This document shows positions 45,081 through 54,463 of a DNA stretch of 64,000 bases, one piece after another. Source of the stretch: Escherichia phage MRostami-2023e. Both the position numbers and the translations under genes were made by a program. Position 1 is the first letter of the stretch. Every line of letters starts with the position of its first letter. The notes beneath the pieces are model-generated. The model had not been told where the DNA came from and made no database searches. It saw nothing but the letters and a program-made list of their open reading frames with translations. Location of the stretch: the sequence record OQ031495; one strand, 5' to 3'.

Positions 45081-45282
45081 NNNNNNNNNNNNNNNNNNNN
45101 NNNNNNNNNNNNNNNNNNNNNNNNNNNNNNNNNNNNNNNNNNNNNNNNNNNNNNNNNNNNNNNNNNNNNNNNNNNNNNNNNNNNNNNNNNNNNNNNNNNN
45201 NNNNNNNNNNNNNNNNNNNNNNNNNNNNNNNNNNNNNNNNNNNNNNNNNNNNNNNNNNNNNNNNNNNNNNNNNNNNNNNNNN
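45081..45282. other. N-masked run (202 nt); an ATG at 45075 opens a masked gene
   Basis: run of n. Confidence 1.
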
Positions 45283-45293
45283 ATCAAAGAGTA

Positions 45294-45344
45294 GTTTACT
45301 TCTCCTCTAGTTGTGTTACTATAGACCTGTCAACTAGAGGAGAA
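45294..45344 (+). promoter_or_regulatory. Early promoter cassette with perfect 14-bp inverted repeat (ttctcctctagttg / caactagaggagaa) spanning the -10 and the SD
   Basis: gtttac N17 tactat; right arm contains gaggag SD of downstream gene. Confidence 0.6.
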
Positions 45345-45350
45345 ATCAAA

Positions 45351-45809
45351 ATGACTATCAATTCAGACGTTTTTATCCGCCGTAATAAACTCCGTCGAAT
45401 CTTTGAAACGGAGTTCCGCAAAATAAATGCCAGTATAAAAGATGCTGCAAAGTCTCTTGGACTACCAGGCTTTCATATCAAGTATTCTCAACATCTCTTA
45501 GATCGTGCCATCCAGAGAGAAATAGATGAGAATTACGTTTTTGAATTATTTCGTAAAGTAAAAAATCATGTTAAAGAAGTTGCAGAATTTTTATCAATGC
45601 CGGCACGTCCAGATGTTGATGAAGATTTTGTCGAAGGCGTCGAATATCGCCCAGGCCGTTTAGAAATAACTGATGGAAATCTTTGGTTAGGACTTACAGT
45701 CTGTCGCGAAAATCCAGCATTCAAAATGAAGACTCTTCAATGCAGAATGGCTATTATTAACAGTAAACGACTACCAGGAAAAGCTTCTAAAGCCGTGATT
45801 AAAATCTAG
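45351..45809 (+). CDS. regB: RegB-like endoribonuclease (tentative)
   Basis: 152 aa (T4 RegB 153 aa); E19, H48, R52 at positions I recall as catalytic in T4 RegB; unverified. Confidence 0.5.
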   Translation: MTINSDVFIRRNKLRRIFETEFRKINASIKDAAKSLGLPGFHIKYSQHLLDRAIQREIDENYVFELFRKVKNHVKEVAEFLSMPARPDVDEDFVEGVEYRPGRLEITDGNLWLGLTVCRENPAFKMKTLQCRMAIINSKRLPGKASKAVIKI

Positions 45810-45817
45810 AGGTAAAC

Positions 45818-46360
45818 ATGAGAAAAGCACTACTCGCTGGTCTATTTGCTCTTTCATTATCAGCACATAGCTCCGAGCATACTTTTAGTAATGTCCAACT
45901 CGATAACTTGAATTATGCTTATCAGTTTGGGGAACAGTTTTCTAAGGATGGAAAATTTAAAACGCATGAAAATATGCATAAGAAAGGACTTGGATACATA
46001 ATGGCCGCAATACTATGGCAAGAATCATCTGCCGGTATTAATCTTAAAGATAAGAAAGGTCACCATGCGTATGGAATGTTCCAAAATTATCTACCAACAA
46101 TGAGGGCAAGAATTAACCAGCTTGGTTACAATATGACTGATGCCCAAATTAAGAAAATGCTATCTAAGCGGTCTAATTCAGCCAGATGGGCTTATATAGA
46201 ATTTTCTTATTGGTTAAATATACATAACGGGGATATAAGAAAAGCTATATCCTCATATAATGCGGGATGGAAGACAAGTGCTGGAAGTAAATATGCTTCT
46301 GAAGTCCTAGAAAAGGCTAATTACCTTAAATCAAATAAACTACTGGAAATAAAAGAATGA
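45818..46360 (+). CDS. Secreted protein with lytic-transglycosylase-like motif (ES...YGMFQ)
   Basis: Signal peptide MRKALLAGLFALSLSAHS; WQESSAG...AYGMFQ. Confidence 0.5.
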   Translation: MRKALLAGLFALSLSAHSSEHTFSNVQLDNLNYAYQFGEQFSKDGKFKTHENMHKKGLGYIMAAILWQESSAGINLKDKKGHHAYGMFQNYLPTMRARINQLGYNMTDAQIKKMLSKRSNSARWAYIEFSYWLNIHNGDIRKAISSYNAGWKTSAGSKYASEVLEKANYLKSNKLLEIKE

Positions 46361-46704
46361 CCAAAATGTTGGCTTTAATAGTTGGCTTGGTTTCATTTAA
46401 CGCTCTTGCTAATACTACATATACTGATGTAACGGAGTATACAAACAGAACGGCGTCTGATTATTGTGGTAAAAGTCAAGAGTGTAAAGTAGATTTTTCA
46501 CAAAAATTGTTATATGCGTATAAAGACGGAGAAAAAGATGGGGCGTCTAGTAGGTTCAAGGCGTCTACCTTAATTAAAAGATACTATAAAAAATGGCAAA
46601 TATTAGAATGCTCGGTGGCGGAACCTAAAGATAAGGCAGCATGCAATTCTATGGTGGACCGTCTAGTTGACTCTTATAATAGAGGACTTGCAGCAAGTGA
46701 TTAA
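46357..46704 (+). CDS. Secreted Cys-containing protein (115 aa)
   Basis: Signal peptide MTKMLALIVGLVSFNALA. Confidence 0.55.
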   Translation: MTKMLALIVGLVSFNALANTTYTDVTEYTNRTASDYCGKSQECKVDFSQKLLYAYKDGEKDGASSRFKASTLIKRYYKKWQILECSVAEPKDKAACNSMVDRLVDSYNRGLAASD

Positions 46705-47154
46705 AAACTATATCAAGGGCGATATTGTCGCCCTGTTTTCTAAAGGTAATAATATTGCTCATGGGTGTAATTGTTTTCATACAATGGGCGCCGGTGTAGC
46801 AGGCCAATTAGCAAAGGCTTATCCAAAAATTTTAGAAGCCGATAAACTTCAAACTGCATATGGAGACGAGTCTAAACTCGGGTCTTATTCGGTTTATGAA
46901 AAATATTTTAAGACCCATAAAGCTTATTGCTTTAATCTTTATACGCAGTTTGAGCCTGGACCTAATTTTGAGTACTCTGCTTTAATGAATTGTATAATAG
47001 AATTAAATGAATTCGGAAAGAATAAGATAACAAAGCCTGTAATTTATATGCCAAGAATTGGTGCCGGTATTGGTGGTGGAAACTGGGATGTCATCGAAGA
47101 GATTTTAGATACGTATTCCACTAAACTAGAAATTGTGATTGTTGATTGGGAACC
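46667..47154 (+). CDS. Macro-domain protein (3' end masked; start codon uncertain, possibly TTG/GTG)
   Basis: NNIAHGCNCFHTMGAGVAGQL and RIGAGIGGGNW resemble macro-domain ADP-ribose-binding loops. Confidence 0.6.
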
Positions 47155-47416
47155 NNNNNNNNNNNNNNNNNNNNNNNNNNNNNNNNNNNNNNNNNNNNNN
47201 NNNNNNNNNNNNNNNNNNNNNNNNNNNNNNNNNNNNNNNNNNNNNNNNNNNNNNNNNNNNNNNNNNNNNNNNNNNNNNNNNNNNNNNNNNNNNNNNNNNN
47301 NNNNNNNNNNNNNNNNNNNNNNNNNNNNNNNNNNNNNNNNNNNNNNNNNNNNNNNNNNNNNNNNNNNNNNNNNNNNNNNNNNNNNNNNNNNNNNNNNNNN
47401 NNNNNNNNNNNNNNNN
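47155..47416. other. N-masked run (262 nt)
   Basis: run of n. Confidence 1.
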
Positions 47417-47560
47417 ATGGACTGTTTTTTTTACTTTATGTAACGATGAAATGATATGTGATTTTGATTATTGGTGTTATTGCTATTGATACAATAAAGG
47501 ATGTACAAATCATACAGGTGAAGGTTTCTATTCCGGGTTTCAACCGTATCCAGACTTTGT

Positions 47561-47568
47561 NNNNNNNN
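47561..47568. other. N-masked run (8 nt)
   Basis: run of n. Confidence 1.
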
Positions 47569-47578
47569 GTGAACCTAA

Positions 47579-47761
47579 ATGAAATTAACTAAAGAAGAGA
47601 AAGCTAAACTGTTCGAACTTATCCATGACCTATTGGACGAGCAAGCAGCCACCAATGCGTACGATGAATATGCTCCTTTAACAGATGAAGAATATCAAGC
47701 ATTGATGGAATCATTTGACAGGAAAGAACAAGAACTCATTGACTACGTGAATTCACTATAA
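47579..47761 (+). CDS. Hypothetical acidic protein (60 aa)
   Basis: ORF track. Confidence 0.5.
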   Translation: MKLTKEEKAKLFELIHDLLDEQAATNAYDEYAPLTDEEYQALMESFDRKEQELIDYVNSL

Positions 47762-47770
47762 GGGACTCTT

Positions 47771-48352
47771 ATGGCTAGTTTAATTTTTACATATGCCGCT
47801 ATGAATGCTGGTAAGTCTGCTTCATTACTTACTGCCGCACATAACTATAAAGAACGTGGCATGGGTGTATTAGTTCTTAAACCGGCTATTGATACTCGCG
47901 ATTCAAAAGGTGAAATAGTCTCTCGTATTGGTATTCGTCAGGATGCCAATATAATTACAAAAGACATGGATATCTTTGAATTCTATAAATGGGCTGCAGC
48001 ACAAAAGGATATTCACTGTGTATTTGTTGACGAAGCTCAGTTCTTAACTACTGAAAAGGTGTATCAACTTAGTCGTATTGTTGACGTATACAATGTGCCG
48101 GTAATGGCATATGGACTACGAACAGATTTTAAAGGTAATCTATTTGAAGGTTCTCAAGCATTAATGGCTATTGCCGATAAGCTTGTTGAACTTAAAGGTG
48201 TCTGTCATTGTGGTAAAAAGGCCACAATGGTAGCTAGAGTCACGGAAGACGGACTTCCAATTACAGATGGCAGTCAAATTGAAATTGGTGATACCGATAG
48301 ATATGTGTCATTATGCCGGAAGCATTGGAATGATTTGACAGGGTTGTTATAA
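47771..48352 (+). CDS. tk: Thymidine kinase
   Basis: 193 aa (T4 Tk 193 aa); P-loop AMNAGKSASLL. Confidence 0.9.
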   Translation: MASLIFTYAAMNAGKSASLLTAAHNYKERGMGVLVLKPAIDTRDSKGEIVSRIGIRQDANIITKDMDIFEFYKWAAAQKDIHCVFVDEAQFLTTEKVYQLSRIVDVYNVPVMAYGLRTDFKGNLFEGSQALMAIADKLVELKGVCHCGKKATMVARVTEDGLPITDGSQIEIGDTDRYVSLCRKHWNDLTGLL

Positions 48353-48379
48353 ATACTAATATCTAACCAAGAGGTATAT

Positions 48380-48592
48380 ATGCAGCAATTAAACGAAAGA
48401 CAACTTCGTAATCTTACTGTAACCCAATTGGATGAAATCCGAAGAGAATTAGGACATTCTATTTCTCATTTAAACGAGGATATCCGTCAAACTGGTTCTA
48501 AAGCTGATTATACACGCAAGCGCAAGCTGGAAAAATACCTCACAGATGTTAAGGCCGTCCAAAGGCGAAAAATAAATACTGGCCAAAATTAA
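48380..48592 (+). CDS. Hypothetical protein (70 aa), between tk and rI
   Basis: SD gagg; ORF track. Confidence 0.55.
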   Translation: MQQLNERQLRNLTVTQLDEIRRELGHSISHLNEDIRQTGSKADYTRKRKLEKYLTDVKAVQRRKINTGQN

Positions 48593-48604
48593 CAGGAGGC
48601 CTAT

Positions 48605-48907
48605 ATGGCCTTAAGAGCGATAGCTGTCATGGCGATGCTGGGGTTTTTTGCAGCAACAACTCCTAACGTTGGTACTGCATATGTTGACCCATATTTTGAT
48701 AACTTTATGGAATCAGGGATTAAAAACGTATATACTTTGTTTGAAATTCAAAATGTCGAGAATTCTGAAAAATTCTATAAGTATATGGCAAAGCATTACA
48801 AAAATAGCCCCTGTGATGATGCATTTGAATGTCATGAACAAGGCATAAAAACTGCCAGACAATTTGCCGAGTTCATGAAAATAAAATTAGAGCCTACATC
48901 TATCTAA
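48605..48907 (+). CDS. rI: Lysis-inhibition antiholin RI
   Basis: MALRAIAVMAMLGFF...VDPYFDNFMESGIKNVYTLFE... matches T4 RI as recalled; signal-anchor N-terminus, 100 aa. Confidence 0.8.
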   Translation: MALRAIAVMAMLGFFAATTPNVGTAYVDPYFDNFMESGIKNVYTLFEIQNVENSEKFYKYMAKHYKNSPCDDAFECHEQGIKTARQFAEFMKIKLEPTSI

Positions 48908-48913
48908 TTTACT

Positions 48914-48941
48914 AGCCCCTTCCTTATGGTTGGGGCTTTTT
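48914..48941 (+). terminator. Rho-independent terminator after rI
   Basis: agcccc...ggggct stem then ttttt. Confidence 0.7.
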
Positions 48942-48952
48942 GGCATCTATCA

Positions 48953-48981
48953 GTTTACTTCTCCTCAGGTTGTGTTATAGT
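48953..48981 (+). promoter_or_regulatory. Early promoter cassette (gtttac ... tatagt) with SD-complementary left arm
   Basis: ttctcctc in spacer complementary to gaggagaa SD downstream. Confidence 0.55.
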
Positions 48982-49008
48982 AAACCTTACTTACTAGAGG
49001 AGAACGTT

Positions 49009-49188
49009 ATGACACGTAAAGAAAAAATTTCTAAGTTAATGTTTTTGATTGAAGAGTACGCTAATGCGGTATCTGATTGGGAAAATGCTCATGGTTGCGA
49101 AGATGGAGACATCGACATTAACAGAGCTATGAAAAAGATGGCTGACGCCCACACCGAATTGCAAATGTATGTTAACGAGATTATGTGA
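49009..49188 (+). CDS. Hypothetical protein (59 aa)
   Basis: ATG with SD gaggag. Confidence 0.5.
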   Translation: MTRKEKISKLMFLIEEYANAVSDWENAHGCEDGDIDINRAMKKMADAHTELQMYVNEIM

Positions 49189-49195
49189 GGATATT

Positions 49196-49288
49196 ATGCT
49201 TTACGATTATACTGGAAAATCTGAAGACGGTGTACTTGAACTTTTACCTGAAAGCGCTGAAGATGATGATATGGTGGTGATGTTTTGT
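49196..49288 (+). CDS. Hypothetical protein, 5' part only (rest N-masked)
   Basis: ATG with SD gagga; runs into N-masked run. Confidence 0.4.
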
Positions 49289-49628
49289 NNNNNNNNNNNN
49301 NNNNNNNNNNNNNNNNNNNNNNNNNNNNNNNNNNNNNNNNNNNNNNNNNNNNNNNNNNNNNNNNNNNNNNNNNNNNNNNNNNNNNNNNNNNNNNNNNNNN
49401 NNNNNNNNNNNNNNNNNNNNNNNNNNNNNNNNNNNNNNNNNNNNNNNNNNNNNNNNNNNNNNNNNNNNNNNNNNNNNNNNNNNNNNNNNNNNNNNNNNNN
49501 NNNNNNNNNNNNNNNNNNNNNNNNNNNNNNNNNNNNNNNNNNNNNNNNNNNNNNNNNNNNNNNNNNNNNNNNNNNNNNNNNNNNNNNNNNNNNNNNNNNN
49601 NNNNNNNNNNNNNNNNNNNNNNNNNNNN
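49289..49628. other. N-masked run (340 nt)
   Basis: run of n. Confidence 1.
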
Positions 49629-49669
49629 CAAGTTGAAGAACTTTATCGACATTTAAAACACAATCGGTA

Positions 49670-49699
49670 GTTTACATCTTGGTAGGATTATGTTATAGT
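49670..49699 (+). promoter_or_regulatory. Early promoter cassette (gtttac ... tatagt, partial inverted repeat)
   Basis: seen in sequence. Confidence 0.55.
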
Positions 49700-49727
49700 A
49701 GTCCTATCAAAACGAACGGAGACCAAA

Positions 49728-49838
49728 ATGAAACTTTTGCTTATCGCTTATGTTGTAGTACAATATAATTATCCGATGTTTACTTATAACATGGTAAACG
49801 GCATAGTGAATCTTATTGAAACGAGTATGGTAAAATGA
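49728..49838 (+). CDS. Small hydrophobic peptide (36 aa)
   Basis: ATG 7 nt after ggagac; below ORF-track cut-off. Confidence 0.35.
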   Translation: MKLLLIAYVVVQYNYPMFTYNMVNGIVNLIETSMVK

Positions 49839-50014
49839 CCCGTGAACAAGCTAATAAATTGATGGACCTTATCCGTGACTTACGTGAAGCCGATTCAGAT
49901 TTGAATGATGTAGCTTATCATGCGGTAAATGATAACGGAGATTTTTATGAAAATCAGGTTGACGCTTGCCAGAATGCTTTGGTGAATTTTGTTGAAACTT
50001 TAATTGGTGAATAA
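49835..50014 (+). CDS. Hypothetical protein (59 aa)
   Basis: ATGA-coupled; below ORF-track cut-off. Confidence 0.4.
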   Translation: MTREQANKLMDLIRDLREADSDLNDVAYHAVNDNGDFYENQVDACQNALVNFVETLIGE

Positions 50015-50015
50015 T

Positions 50016-50546
50016 ATGAAAACTGTAATTGAAACAACCGAGTTGTTTGGCGATTTATGTATCGAAAAACGTGGTTATGCTTACGTTCTGACACAAGAAG
50101 ATGATGCTGTTACTATTCTTCCTATGGAACTGGACAAGATTTTGAAACTCAATCCGCCCGGCCATGCATCTGTAATTAACATTGATGAAGACCTTCAAGT
50201 TCGTTTTTATCACGGTCTTTATAGTGGGGTTAATATCGAAACAGAAGATGAATGCCTTTCTATCAATAATTGGAAAACATTCGTCACTAAGGTGAAAGAA
50301 TTCATAGAATCTGAAACTGCCAAAAAGGCCAAACTTCAATGGGCTAAATGCCGTAATGCTTTTATTACAAATCAGGACCGCCCTGACTATACAACAGTCC
50401 TAGGCGTTAATCCTTCTTATGAAGACGGTGATGTCGTAGTTATTCGCCAAATTGATGACCTTCGTCAACATATCATTACATTAGACAAAGATGAGGCAGT
50501 TGCTCTTAAAGCTTATCTCGATTCTATTATCCCAACTTTGAAATAA
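50016..50546 (+). CDS. Hypothetical protein (176 aa)
   Basis: ORF track, start at ATG 50016. Confidence 0.6.
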   Translation: MKTVIETTELFGDLCIEKRGYAYVLTQEDDAVTILPMELDKILKLNPPGHASVINIDEDLQVRFYHGLYSGVNIETEDECLSINNWKTFVTKVKEFIESETAKKAKLQWAKCRNAFITNQDRPDYTTVLGVNPSYEDGDVVVIRQIDDLRQHIITLDKDEAVALKAYLDSIIPTLK

Positions 50547-50555
50547 GGAATTATT

Positions 50556-51029
50556 ATGATTATCAATGAAAACTCTTGGCACTTTAAACTTTATGCAGCG
50601 TTCAATAGTACATGGAATCGCCCGAAAACATTATGTGCTTATTTTTGGAAAACGTTAATCCCAGTATTGGCTGTTTCAATTATTGGATTTGCGATTTTAG
50701 CAGCAGTCACAATTATTGGCCAGGAAATTTTAACTAGATTCTTTGTTTTTAGCAGTCTATGGACATTAGTTCCGGCCTCAATTGGCGTAGGCATTTTAAT
50801 GGTAGCAGTCATGGCTTTTATTTCTGTAGGGTTGGTAATTGGCCCGTCTTGGTTGTTAGACAAATATAACGACAGAAAATATTATAAAGAAATTGAGTTC
50901 ATTGCACAAAACCAAGAACGAATTAAAAATGGACTTGAACCTATTGAACGTAAGAAATCATTAATAGGTGAATACCTTAAAGCTCGTAAAGAAAAAGTCT
51001 GTCCTACTCTTGAATATAAGGCTAAATGA
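50556..51029 (+). CDS. Multi-TM membrane protein (157 aa)
   Basis: hydrophobic segments; ORF track. Confidence 0.6.
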   Translation: MIINENSWHFKLYAAFNSTWNRPKTLCAYFWKTLIPVLAVSIIGFAILAAVTIIGQEILTRFFVFSSLWTLVPASIGVGILMVAVMAFISVGLVIGPSWLLDKYNDRKYYKEIEFIAQNQERIKNGLEPIERKKSLIGEYLKARKEKVCPTLEYKAK

Positions 51030-52015
51030 TGAAAACAATTATGAAAGGCTACTTTGGTAGTCACCTTTATGGAACGTCCACTCCTGAATCTGACGTCGAT
51101 TTTAAAGAAATTTATGTCCCTCATGCTCGTGATATCTTGACCGGTAACGTTAAAGAACACATGAGCAAGAACACGAATAACACATCTTCTAAGAACACAA
51201 AAGACGACGTGGACCATGAGTTGTATAGTCTCAAATATTTCTTTAAACTAGCTGCGGATGGTGAAACTGTCGCATTAGATATGCTTCACACTCCACCAAG
51301 CCTAGTAGTTAAATCTGATTTGCCTGATGTATGGAAGTATATTCAAGATAACAGGTCTCGTTTCTATACCACTAACATGAAATCTTATTTAGGGTATGTC
51401 CGTAAGCAAGCTTCTAAATACGGTGTCAAGGGTTCTCGACTGGCTATTCTTCGACAAGCCCTTAAACGTTCTAATGAATGGGGACAATACTTTGATAATG
51501 GTGCAGTAATTCGTTTATCACATATGAAGAATGTTCTGCCTGTAGGTGAATTTGCTTCGTGGGTTGAAACCGAAAACGAGAAAACAGGTAAGCAAACATT
51601 CTATAATCTGTTGGACCGTAAATTCCAAGACACGTTAACCAATAAAGAGTTCAATGCCATCCTGGTTAAACTGGAAGAGAACTACGGTGAACGTGCTCGT
51701 AAGGCAGAAGCTAACGAAGGTATTGACTGGAAAGCATTGAGTCATGCGTGTCGTGGTGGACTTCAATTATTGGAAATTTACAAAACCGGCGACCTGGTTT
51801 ACCCACTTCAGGATGCTCCATTTATTCTCGATGTTAAGCTTGGTAAACATACGTTTAAAACTGTACAAGAATTCCTAGAAGATATCGTTGACCAAGTTGA
51901 ACATGCATCGGAACAAGCCGCTAAGAACGGTATGCAACAAAAAGTAGATATGAGTTTCTGGGATGATTTCCTTGAGCAAGTCTATCTCGAAAATCATAAT
52001 TCTTACTATAAATAA
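51026..52015 (+). CDS. Nucleotidyltransferase-fold protein (pol-beta superfamily signature)
   Basis: GSHLYGTSTPESDVDF = G-S-x(n)-D-x-D motif near N-terminus; 329 aa. Confidence 0.6.
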   Translation: MMKTIMKGYFGSHLYGTSTPESDVDFKEIYVPHARDILTGNVKEHMSKNTNNTSSKNTKDDVDHELYSLKYFFKLAADGETVALDMLHTPPSLVVKSDLPDVWKYIQDNRSRFYTTNMKSYLGYVRKQASKYGVKGSRLAILRQALKRSNEWGQYFDNGAVIRLSHMKNVLPVGEFASWVETENEKTGKQTFYNLLDRKFQDTLTNKEFNAILVKLEENYGERARKAEANEGIDWKALSHACRGGLQLLEIYKTGDLVYPLQDAPFILDVKLGKHTFKTVQEFLEDIVDQVEHASEQAAKNGMQQKVDMSFWDDFLEQVYLENHNSYYK

Positions 52016-52046
52016 ATAGATAAATAACCATTAACTTGAGGTAAAT

Positions 52047-52325
52047 ATGAAAAAATTAGTAATTGGTTTATTCGCAGTAATGATGGCATTCTCTGTTGGT
52101 GCTACCACGGGTGCAGCCAGCGGTGCAGGAGCTGGTGGTAACCAGTCTTCTGGGCCTTCCAATGGTTCGGTAAATGCATCACATTCTCAAGGTATTGAGA
52201 ACATTAAATCAAGCTATATTAATAGCACGGCCGGACAAGCAACTGAAGCATGGTCAAAGGGTCGAGTAGTTACTCACTCCGTATTCTGTGATATGCCTAA
52301 TTATGTTGCTAAGTGCGATAAGTAA
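52047..52325 (+). CDS. Secreted Gly/Ser-rich small protein with two C-terminal Cys
   Basis: Signal peptide MKKLVIGLFAVMMAFSVGA; tataaata at 52007-52014; terminator-like hairpin downstream. Confidence 0.6.
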   Translation: MKKLVIGLFAVMMAFSVGATTGAASGAGAGGNQSSGPSNGSVNASHSQGIENIKSSYINSTAGQATEAWSKGRVVTHSVFCDMPNYVAKCDK

Positions 52326-52329
52326 ATGT

Positions 52330-52349
52330 GGGGACCTTCGGGTCCCTTT
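52330..52349 (+). terminator. Terminator-like hairpin (gggacc-ttcg-ggtccc, short U-run)
   Basis: seen in sequence. Confidence 0.5.
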
Positions 52350-52443
52350 AGGGGGTTAAAATATTTTTAAAAAGTAGTGTACATGCTTTTAGGATATGTT
52401 ATTATAGACCTATCGAAACGAAATGAGTAAATTGGAGAATAAA

Positions 52444-53424
52444 ATGTTCAACGTTCAAATCAAAAAAGGTATCTATCGTAATAACGAAATCTCTGGTTCT
52501 TATGTTGCCACAAAGACCTGGTTCCCAGCAAAGCTTAATCCTGAATGTTCCCACTTAGGTGACGGTAAAATTTTCGTTATGATTGATGGTTCTGAACGTG
52601 GAGTATGGGTCTTCAAATCAGACATCGTAATGGAAGGAGTTGAGACATCACCAGTTGCAGTTGTTGAAAGCACTGAAGATATGAAAACTCGTATCAACAA
52701 ACGCTTTAAAGTAATGAACATGATGACGAATGGCATTATCGATGGCAAAATTCGTTCACTCATTATTTCAGGTGCAGCCGGTATTGGTAAGACGTATTCT
52801 CTGGATAAAGCACTTAATAATGCTAATGATAATGGTTTCATCAAATACAAAAGCATTAATGGTAAAATCTCTGGTATTGGCCTTTACGAACAACTTTGGC
52901 TCAACCGTGATGCAGACAGCGTTCTCTTAATCGATGACGTTGACGTATTCTCAGATATGGACATCTTGAATCTTCTTAAAGCAGCATTAGATACTGGAGA
53001 TAAACGCAAAGTTTGTTGGAGCACTGCGTCATCTTATCTCGATGATAAGGGTATTGATAAAGAATTTGAGTTTGAAGGTACTATCGTTTTCATTACAAAC
53101 GTTGATATCGATAAAGAGTTAGAACGCGGTTCGAAACTTGCTCCACACCTTCAAGCTTTAGTATCTCGCTCAGTGTATCTCGACCTTGGAGTACACTCTA
53201 ATGAAGAGATTATGGTTCGAGTTGAAGATGTAATATTATCTACTGACATGATGCAGAAACGTGGTCTGACTGATGCAGAAACGTATAAAGCATTGTCCTG
53301 GATGAAGGCTAATGTATCTCGTCTTCGCAATGTATCATTACGTACCGCTCTTTATGTAGCAGATTTTATTTCAACTGATAAAGATGGTTGGGAGGAAATC
53401 TCTGAAGTAACTTTACTGAAATAA
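52444..53424 (+). CDS. AAA+/P-loop ATPase (326 aa)
   Basis: Walker A GAAGIGKTYS, Walker B VLLIDDVD; start at ATG with SD ggag. Confidence 0.65.
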   Translation: MFNVQIKKGIYRNNEISGSYVATKTWFPAKLNPECSHLGDGKIFVMIDGSERGVWVFKSDIVMEGVETSPVAVVESTEDMKTRINKRFKVMNMMTNGIIDGKIRSLIISGAAGIGKTYSLDKALNNANDNGFIKYKSINGKISGIGLYEQLWLNRDADSVLLIDDVDVFSDMDILNLLKAALDTGDKRKVCWSTASSYLDDKGIDKEFEFEGTIVFITNVDIDKELERGSKLAPHLQALVSRSVYLDLGVHSNEEIMVRVEDVILSTDMMQKRGLTDAETYKALSWMKANVSRLRNVSLRTALYVADFISTDKDGWEEISEVTLLK

Positions 53425-53562
53425 GCTTATAGGAAGTTCTGAGGTAACAAAAGCCATAAAGATGAATAATCATATGGCTTACCTCAAAGAAGGACACCAG
53501 GAACCTACTGAGGGCATAGAAATATTTAAAAATAATGATGTACAAATCAAAGAGGATATGTT

Positions 53563-53850
53563 ATGGATTTTATGCAAAAAATTAAAGCCGCAGTCGAACT
53601 CTATGCTCATCGTATGGTTAGTTCTACAATGCAATATAGCGAGGAGGTTCGCCAGGACTCTTCCTTGAAAGGAAAAACTAAAGCCTTAATTACCTTAGAC
53701 CGTTTGCAAAAGAATGCCATAGAGATGCTCCAGTACGACAAGGGTGTATATAAGAAAGAACTGGAAGAGAAACTTAAATCTGAAAAATTACAAAAAATCC
53801 CGAAGTCTGTTTGGTTCAGTGGAAAAAATACCGAAAAAAGTTTCTTTTAG
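53563..53850 (+). CDS. Hypothetical protein (95 aa)
   Basis: ORF track. Confidence 0.5.
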   Translation: MDFMQKIKAAVELYAHRMVSSTMQYSEEVRQDSSLKGKTKALITLDRLQKNAIEMLQYDKGVYKKELEEKLKSEKLQKIPKSVWFSGKNTEKSFF

Positions 53851-53853
53851 TTG

Positions 53854-53888
53854 TTTACAAGGTCTATAGTTATGTTATTATAGACCTA
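53854..53888 (+). promoter_or_regulatory. Early promoter cassette with perfect 9-bp inverted repeat aggtctata/tatagacct around the -10
   Basis: gtttac ... tattat. Confidence 0.6.
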
Positions 53889-53908
53889 TCAACTACTGGA
53901 GGTAAAAC

Positions 53909-54436
53909 ATGAACGCTAAAGATATTTTCAACCTGGTAAATTATAACGACGGTAAATTTAAATCTGAAGCACAAAGCAAGTTCTTTAATGACGTTGCTTA
54001 TGGTAACGAGATTACCGTGGACGGAGGTCAGATTTTCAAATCTCGCTGGAATTGGATTGTTATCATCGATTCAGTTGGAATTGTGGAAGTCTACAAAAAC
54101 ACTAACAAAAAACGTACATTATTCTGGTCTCGTGAAACTAACGAGCAGTACAAAAAGGATAAAGCATCTCGTTTATCCAAAGTAACCCAGGAAGATATCG
54201 AGTTTATCAAGAAAGATATCGAGATGTACGAAAATTTAATCGCTGAAGACCAGGCCGTACTCGATAAGTTTGATGAAATTAAAGCTTCTCGTGAAATCCC
54301 TGACTTCATGAAAGAAACAGTAAACGAACGATACGCTCTCACTTCAGAACGTATTGCAAACTATACAAAACAGAAAGCAGAACGTATTAGTACTCTTCGG
54401 AAATTTGAAGAACGTTTAAAGACGGTTCACGCATAA
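53909..54436 (+). CDS. Hypothetical protein (175 aa)
   Basis: ORF track; SD ggagg. Confidence 0.6.
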   Translation: MNAKDIFNLVNYNDGKFKSEAQSKFFNDVAYGNEITVDGGQIFKSRWNWIVIIDSVGIVEVYKNTNKKRTLFWSRETNEQYKKDKASRLSKVTQEDIEFIKKDIEMYENLIAEDQAVLDKFDEIKASREIPDFMKETVNERYALTSERIANYTKQKAERISTLRKFEERLKTVHA

Positions 54437-54463
54437 ACGCTTTACCCAAGGACGGGTTATAAT
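54437..54463 (+). promoter_or_regulatory. Candidate MotA-dependent middle promoter (GCTTTA box ~12-13 bp upstream of TATAAT)
   Basis: aaacgcttta ... tataat. Confidence 0.45.

Noticed and set aside
46357-46704. Assignment of the 115-aa ORF as T4 vs (valyl-tRNA synthetase modifier) on size alone
   Set aside because: It has a clear signal peptide, which does not fit a cytoplasmic synthetase modifier
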